A DNA stretch of 32,000 nucleotides from Mycolicibacterium smegmatis (GTDB lineage Bacteria > Actinomycetota > Actinomycetes > Mycobacteriales > Mycobacteriaceae). Position 1 is the stretch's first letter; each line of letters begins with the position of its first letter. A model generated the notes under the pieces. It made no database searches. It was given only the letters and a program-made list of their open reading frames with translations, and was not told the origin of the DNA. Positions 28,967 to 32,000 of the stretch are shown one piece after another. The stretch lies in assembly GCF_001457595.1 (NCBI RefSeq), contig NZ_LN831039.1:2670001-2702000 (forward strand), read 5' to 3'. Position numbers and translations under genes: made by a program.

Positions 28967-29989
28967 TCAGGCGTCGAGCAAGGCCTGCGCGGTGATCTCA
29001 TCGAGCACCAGGTCGGTCGCGGCGCCGGCGCGCAATGCCCCCAGCACGGCTGCCGTTTTCGCCGGACCGCTTGCGACCAGGATCCGCGTCCGTACACCGC
29101 GCAGCTCGGACAGCGGCATGCCCGTGCTGCGCCGGTTGATCGCAATGCCGTCCGAGGTGCCGTCGGCGCGTAGGAAAACGGTGCCGATGTGTCCCACGAT
29201 CCCGTCCCGTCTCAGCTCCTGGAGATCGACCGCATCGAGGTAGCCCGACCGGTACAGATGGTCGGGAACGTCGTTGTCCAACGCGCCGACCGAGAACAGC
29301 GCCACATCAGCGTTTCGACGGATCCCGAGCACGCGCTGAATGGAGCGCTCGTGCCACATGGCCTCACGAGTTGTCGCGGAGTCGAAGAATGCCGGCGCCG
29401 GAAAGTGGTGTGCCGAGGCGGAAAACGCGCGGGCGAATCTGTCGAGGAGTTGGCCGGCATTGAGGATGTTCGACGCGGACGCGTTGGCCGAACCGTTCAG
29501 CTGAACAACCCGTGCCCCGCGGGTGGGGCTGAAGATCAGGTGCCGGGATACCGCTTCGACCGTGGCGCCCCAACCAACGGCGATCGTCATGTTGGTGCCG
29601 ACCACAGCGGCGAGCCGGCGTGCCGCGAACTCGGCGACCACCTCGAGCCGAGCCGCGAACTCAGCGGCATCCACGCTGTCAGCGATCAACGTGCGAACGC
29701 CGAGACGCTGGTTGAGCTGGGTCGCCAGGTGTGAGGAGCGGTCCGGCGTGCGATGCAGGACGAACTCGACGACGCCGTGCTGACGGGCCCGGGCGAGCAT
29801 TCGAGAAACGGTCGAGCGGGAAAGGTGCATGCGCTTGCCGACGTCTTCGACCTTCAGCCCCTGTACGTAGTAGAGCTCTGCGGCGTCGGCAACGCGGCGC
29901 CGCTCCTCATCCGTGAGATCTCCGGCGTCTGTTGCATCGCCATGAGCAGCCGAATCAACCGCATCCACCGTCATCGGGTGCCACCTCAC
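28967..29989 (-). CDS. SorC/DeoR-type sugar-binding transcriptional regulator
   Basis: RRVADAAELYYVQGLKVEDVGKRMHLSRSTVSRMLARARQHGVVEF HTH followed by the sugar-binding domain (TIAVGWGATVEAVSRHL, DVALFSVGALDND, GHIGTVFLRADG). Confidence 0.88.
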   Translation of the reverse strand: MRWHPMTVDAVDSAAHGDATDAGDLTDEERRRVADAAELYYVQGLKVEDVGKRMHLSRSTVSRMLARARQHGVVEFVLHRTPDRSSHLATQLNQRLGVRTLIADSVDAAEFAARLEVVAEFAARRLAAVVGTNMTIAVGWGATVEAVSRHLIFSPTRGARVVQLNGSANASASNILNAGQLLDRFARAFSASAHHFPAPAFFDSATTREAMWHERSIQRVLGIRRNADVALFSVGALDNDVPDHLYRSGYLDAVDLQELRRDGIVGHIGTVFLRADGTSDGIAINRRSTGMPLSELRGVRTRILVASGPAKTAAVLGALRAGAATDLVLDEITAQALLDA

Positions 29990-30114
29990 TTCCGTGTGCG
30001 GGCGTCTGTGCCGCCTGGCTGTGAATCATATTCCCGCCTTCCAGCCGAAAACCTGCAGATTCTGAGGGCAGATCGGGAAAACGTAGGCACTTTCTGCCAT
30101 TGACGCTGCCATCA

Positions 30115-30136
30115 CCTATACCTATATCCTATAGGA
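30115..30136. repeat. Three CCTATA repeats plus palindrome TCCTATAGGA in a divergent promoter region
   Basis: CCTATA at 30115-30120, 30121-30126 and 30128-30133; TCCTATAGGA at 30127-30136. Confidence 0.6.
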
Positions 30137-30281
30137 ACTGGTGTTATCCAGATCACTTCGGAGAAGTATTGTCAGCTGCGCCAAAGTCGGCGACCGGTTT
30201 GCCCCGGTGATGGTGGTTCAACCGCTCGTCCACCTGCCGACCGCTACCTCGACCCGCCCACGTCACCGAAAGAAGATGCAC

Positions 30282-31058
30282 ATGACAGCTCTGCACGCGT
30301 TTCCACCGCAGCGGACCGCAGTGGTCACCGGCGCCGGCTCGGCACGCGGGATCGGGCGCGCGACAGTTCAGCGCCTCGCCCGGGCCGGGTGGCACGTCGC
30401 GGCCCTCGACGTCGACGAGGCGGCCGTCGCCGAATTCGCGCGAGAGGTCGACAAGGATTCGCGCACCACGGTTTTCGGTTACGGCGTCGACGTCGTGGAC
30501 GCCGAATCGGTCGATCGCGCATTCACCGCGATCGAGGCCGAACTCCCGCCGGTCGTCGGACTGGCGCACGCGGCAGGTGTCGCCTCACCCGTTCCGTTCC
30601 TGGAACTGACGCTCGCCGAATGGAACCGGGTGCTCGACATCAACAGCACCGGCACCTTCATCGTCAATCAGCGTGCGGTGCGCGGCATGGTGCAGCGCGG
30701 CGTCGGGCGTGTGGTCAACCTGTCGTCTGCATCGGCCCAACTGGGCGGCGGTACCTACAGCAAGGTGCCGTACTCGGCATCGAAAGCTTCCGTCATCGGC
30801 CTCAGTCGAGCCGTTGCACGCGAGGTCGGCAAGTTCGGGGTCACCGTCAACGTGGTGAGTCCCGGTCCCATCGACACCGACATCATGGGTGGCACTCTCA
30901 CCGAGGAGCGCAAGGCCGAGATGGTCGAGGGCCTGCTAGTCGATCGGGTCGGCCGAACCGAGGACATCGCCGCAACCATCGAGTTCCTGCTGTCCGAGGA
31001 CGCCGGCTTCATCACCGCGGCTGTCTACAACGTCAACGGTGGCCTGGTCGTCAATTGA
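30282..31058 (+). CDS. Short-chain dehydrogenase/reductase (SDR)
   Basis: VVTGAGSARGIGRATVQRLARAGWHVAALDVDE, VNLSSASAQLGGGTYSKVPYSASKAS; start likely ATG 30282 (alternative 30276) with the GAAAGAAGA RBS. Confidence 0.87.
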   Translation: MTALHAFPPQRTAVVTGAGSARGIGRATVQRLARAGWHVAALDVDEAAVAEFAREVDKDSRTTVFGYGVDVVDAESVDRAFTAIEAELPPVVGLAHAAGVASPVPFLELTLAEWNRVLDINSTGTFIVNQRAVRGMVQRGVGRVVNLSSASAQLGGGTYSKVPYSASKASVIGLSRAVAREVGKFGVTVNVVSPGPIDTDIMGGTLTEERKAEMVEGLLVDRVGRTEDIAATIEFLLSEDAGFITAAVYNVNGGLVVN

Positions 31059-31102
31059 GTTCGGCCCCAGTACGAATCCCCGCTCACGCACAAAGGAGTG
31101 CC

Positions 31103-32000
31103 ATGGATCTGAAGTCCGACTCGCCGCGCCAGGCTCGTCGTCAGCGTGACGCCAAGAAGGTGAAGAACCTGCGTTACTGGATTCTCGGTTGGTTGCTGCT
31201 GGCCGGGATCCTCAACTACATGGACCGCTCGTCGGTCTCCATCGCCGCTCCGCACATGATCGCCGAACTCGGGCTGACCAAGACCGACATCGGGCTCATG
31301 GGTGCGGTGTTCTCGTGGACCTACGCGTTGTGTCAGCTGCCCGCCGGCTATCTGATCGACAAACTTGGTGCTCGCAGAATGTATTTCGCGGCGGTCGGTA
31401 TCTGGTCGGTCGCGACCGCGCTGATGTCCGTCGGGCAGACCATGGCGCACTTCCTCACCTTCCGCTTCCTCCTGGGCGTCGGCGAATCGCCCAACTCACC
31501 GAACTCCAGCAAGATCACCACGGAATGGTTCCCCCGCGAGGAACGTGGCCAGGCCGCGGGCATCTGGGACTCCGGGTCGAAGTGGGGTTCGGCGATCGCT
31601 CCTCCGGTTCTCACCGTGTTGTCGCTGGCATTCGGGTGGCGCGCGATGTTCCTCATCATCGGCTTGGCGGGTCTGGTTCTGGCACTGGCCTTCTGGGCCT
31701 ACTATCGTGCCCCTGAGTCGTCCAGGCGCCTGTCGGAGGAGGAGTACCGGTACATCGTCGCCGGCCGTGACGACACCACGCAGCCGAAGGCCCACCTGCC
31801 CTGGGGCAAGTTCTTCACCTATCCGCAGACGTGGGGCATGATGCTCGGCTTCTTCAGTTCGATCTGGATCTGGAACATCTTCATCACGTTCCTGCCGCTG
31901 TTCCTCCAGGACACCCTGGATGTCTCGATCGCGCAGACCGGCTGGGTCGCCGCGATCCCGTATCTGGCCTCGGCGATCACCGGGATCTACGCAGGCCGGC
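31103..32000 (+). CDS. MFS transporter, ACS-family-like (3' truncated by window edge)
   Basis: AAAGGAG RBS then MDLKSDSPRQARRQRDAKKVKNLRYWILGWLLLAGILNYMDRSSVSIAAPHMIAELGLTKTDIGLMGAVFSWTYALCQLPAGYLIDKLGARR...; open to the window end (absent from the ORF track because it is unterminated). Confidence 0.88.
   Translation, partial: MDLKSDSPRQARRQRDAKKVKNLRYWILGWLLLAGILNYMDRSSVSIAAPHMIAELGLTKTDIGLMGAVFSWTYALCQLPAGYLIDKLGARRMYFAAVGIWSVATALMSVGQTMAHFLTFRFLLGVGESPNSPNSSKITTEWFPREERGQAAGIWDSGSKWGSAIAPPVLTVLSLAFGWRAMFLIIGLAGLVLALAFWAYYRAPESSRRLSEEEYRYIVAGRDDTTQPKAHLPWGKFFTYPQTWGMMLGFFSSIWIWNIFITFLPLFLQDTLDVSIAQTGWVAAIPYLASAITGIYAGR

Noticed and set aside
30067-30098. GGCAGA...TCTGCC inverted repeat upstream of the SDR gene
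   Set aside because: 6-bp arms with a 20-nt spacer; plausible by chance and weaker than the adjacent CCTATA array.

Overview
High-GC actinobacterial chromosome segment. Gene content and order fit a fast-growing Mycobacterium of the M. smegmatis type (taxonomy is inferred, not searched). A conserved housekeeping backbone is visible: xerC 3' end, F420-type oxidoreductase, M23 peptidase, rpsB, tsf, amidase, marR/methyltransferase, pyrH, frr, cdsA and rlmN. Accessory blocks sit between these genes: (a) an ABC exporter, an APC permease and a copper/TPQ amine oxidase (6.3-12.5 kb); (b) a divergently organised, FCD-GntR-controlled catabolic cluster with glycerate kinase, 2-hydroxyacid dehydrogenase, a carboxymuconolactone-decarboxylase-like protein, an atypical type II dehydroquinase-like protein, a 131-aa orphan, an alpha/beta hydrolase, two SDRs and an MFS transporter (12.9-21.6 kb); (c) a DMT permease/LysR pair placed between cdsA and rlmN; (d) a SorC-family regulator divergent from an SDR and an MFS carrier (28.2-32 kb). 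The most interesting signals are: the 8.6-kb catabolic cluster, which ends in a probable hydroxypyruvate to glycerate to 2-phosphoglycerate route; its DHQase-like protein, with a THTS-to-TKTG change and an insertion; a perfect 19-nt palindrome between marR and the methyltransferase; two inverted TGTATGAC(A/G)ATC boxes beside the GntR gene; and a possible unannotated 34-aa membrane peptide. No CRISPR array, rRNA, tRNA, transposase or defence system was recognised.
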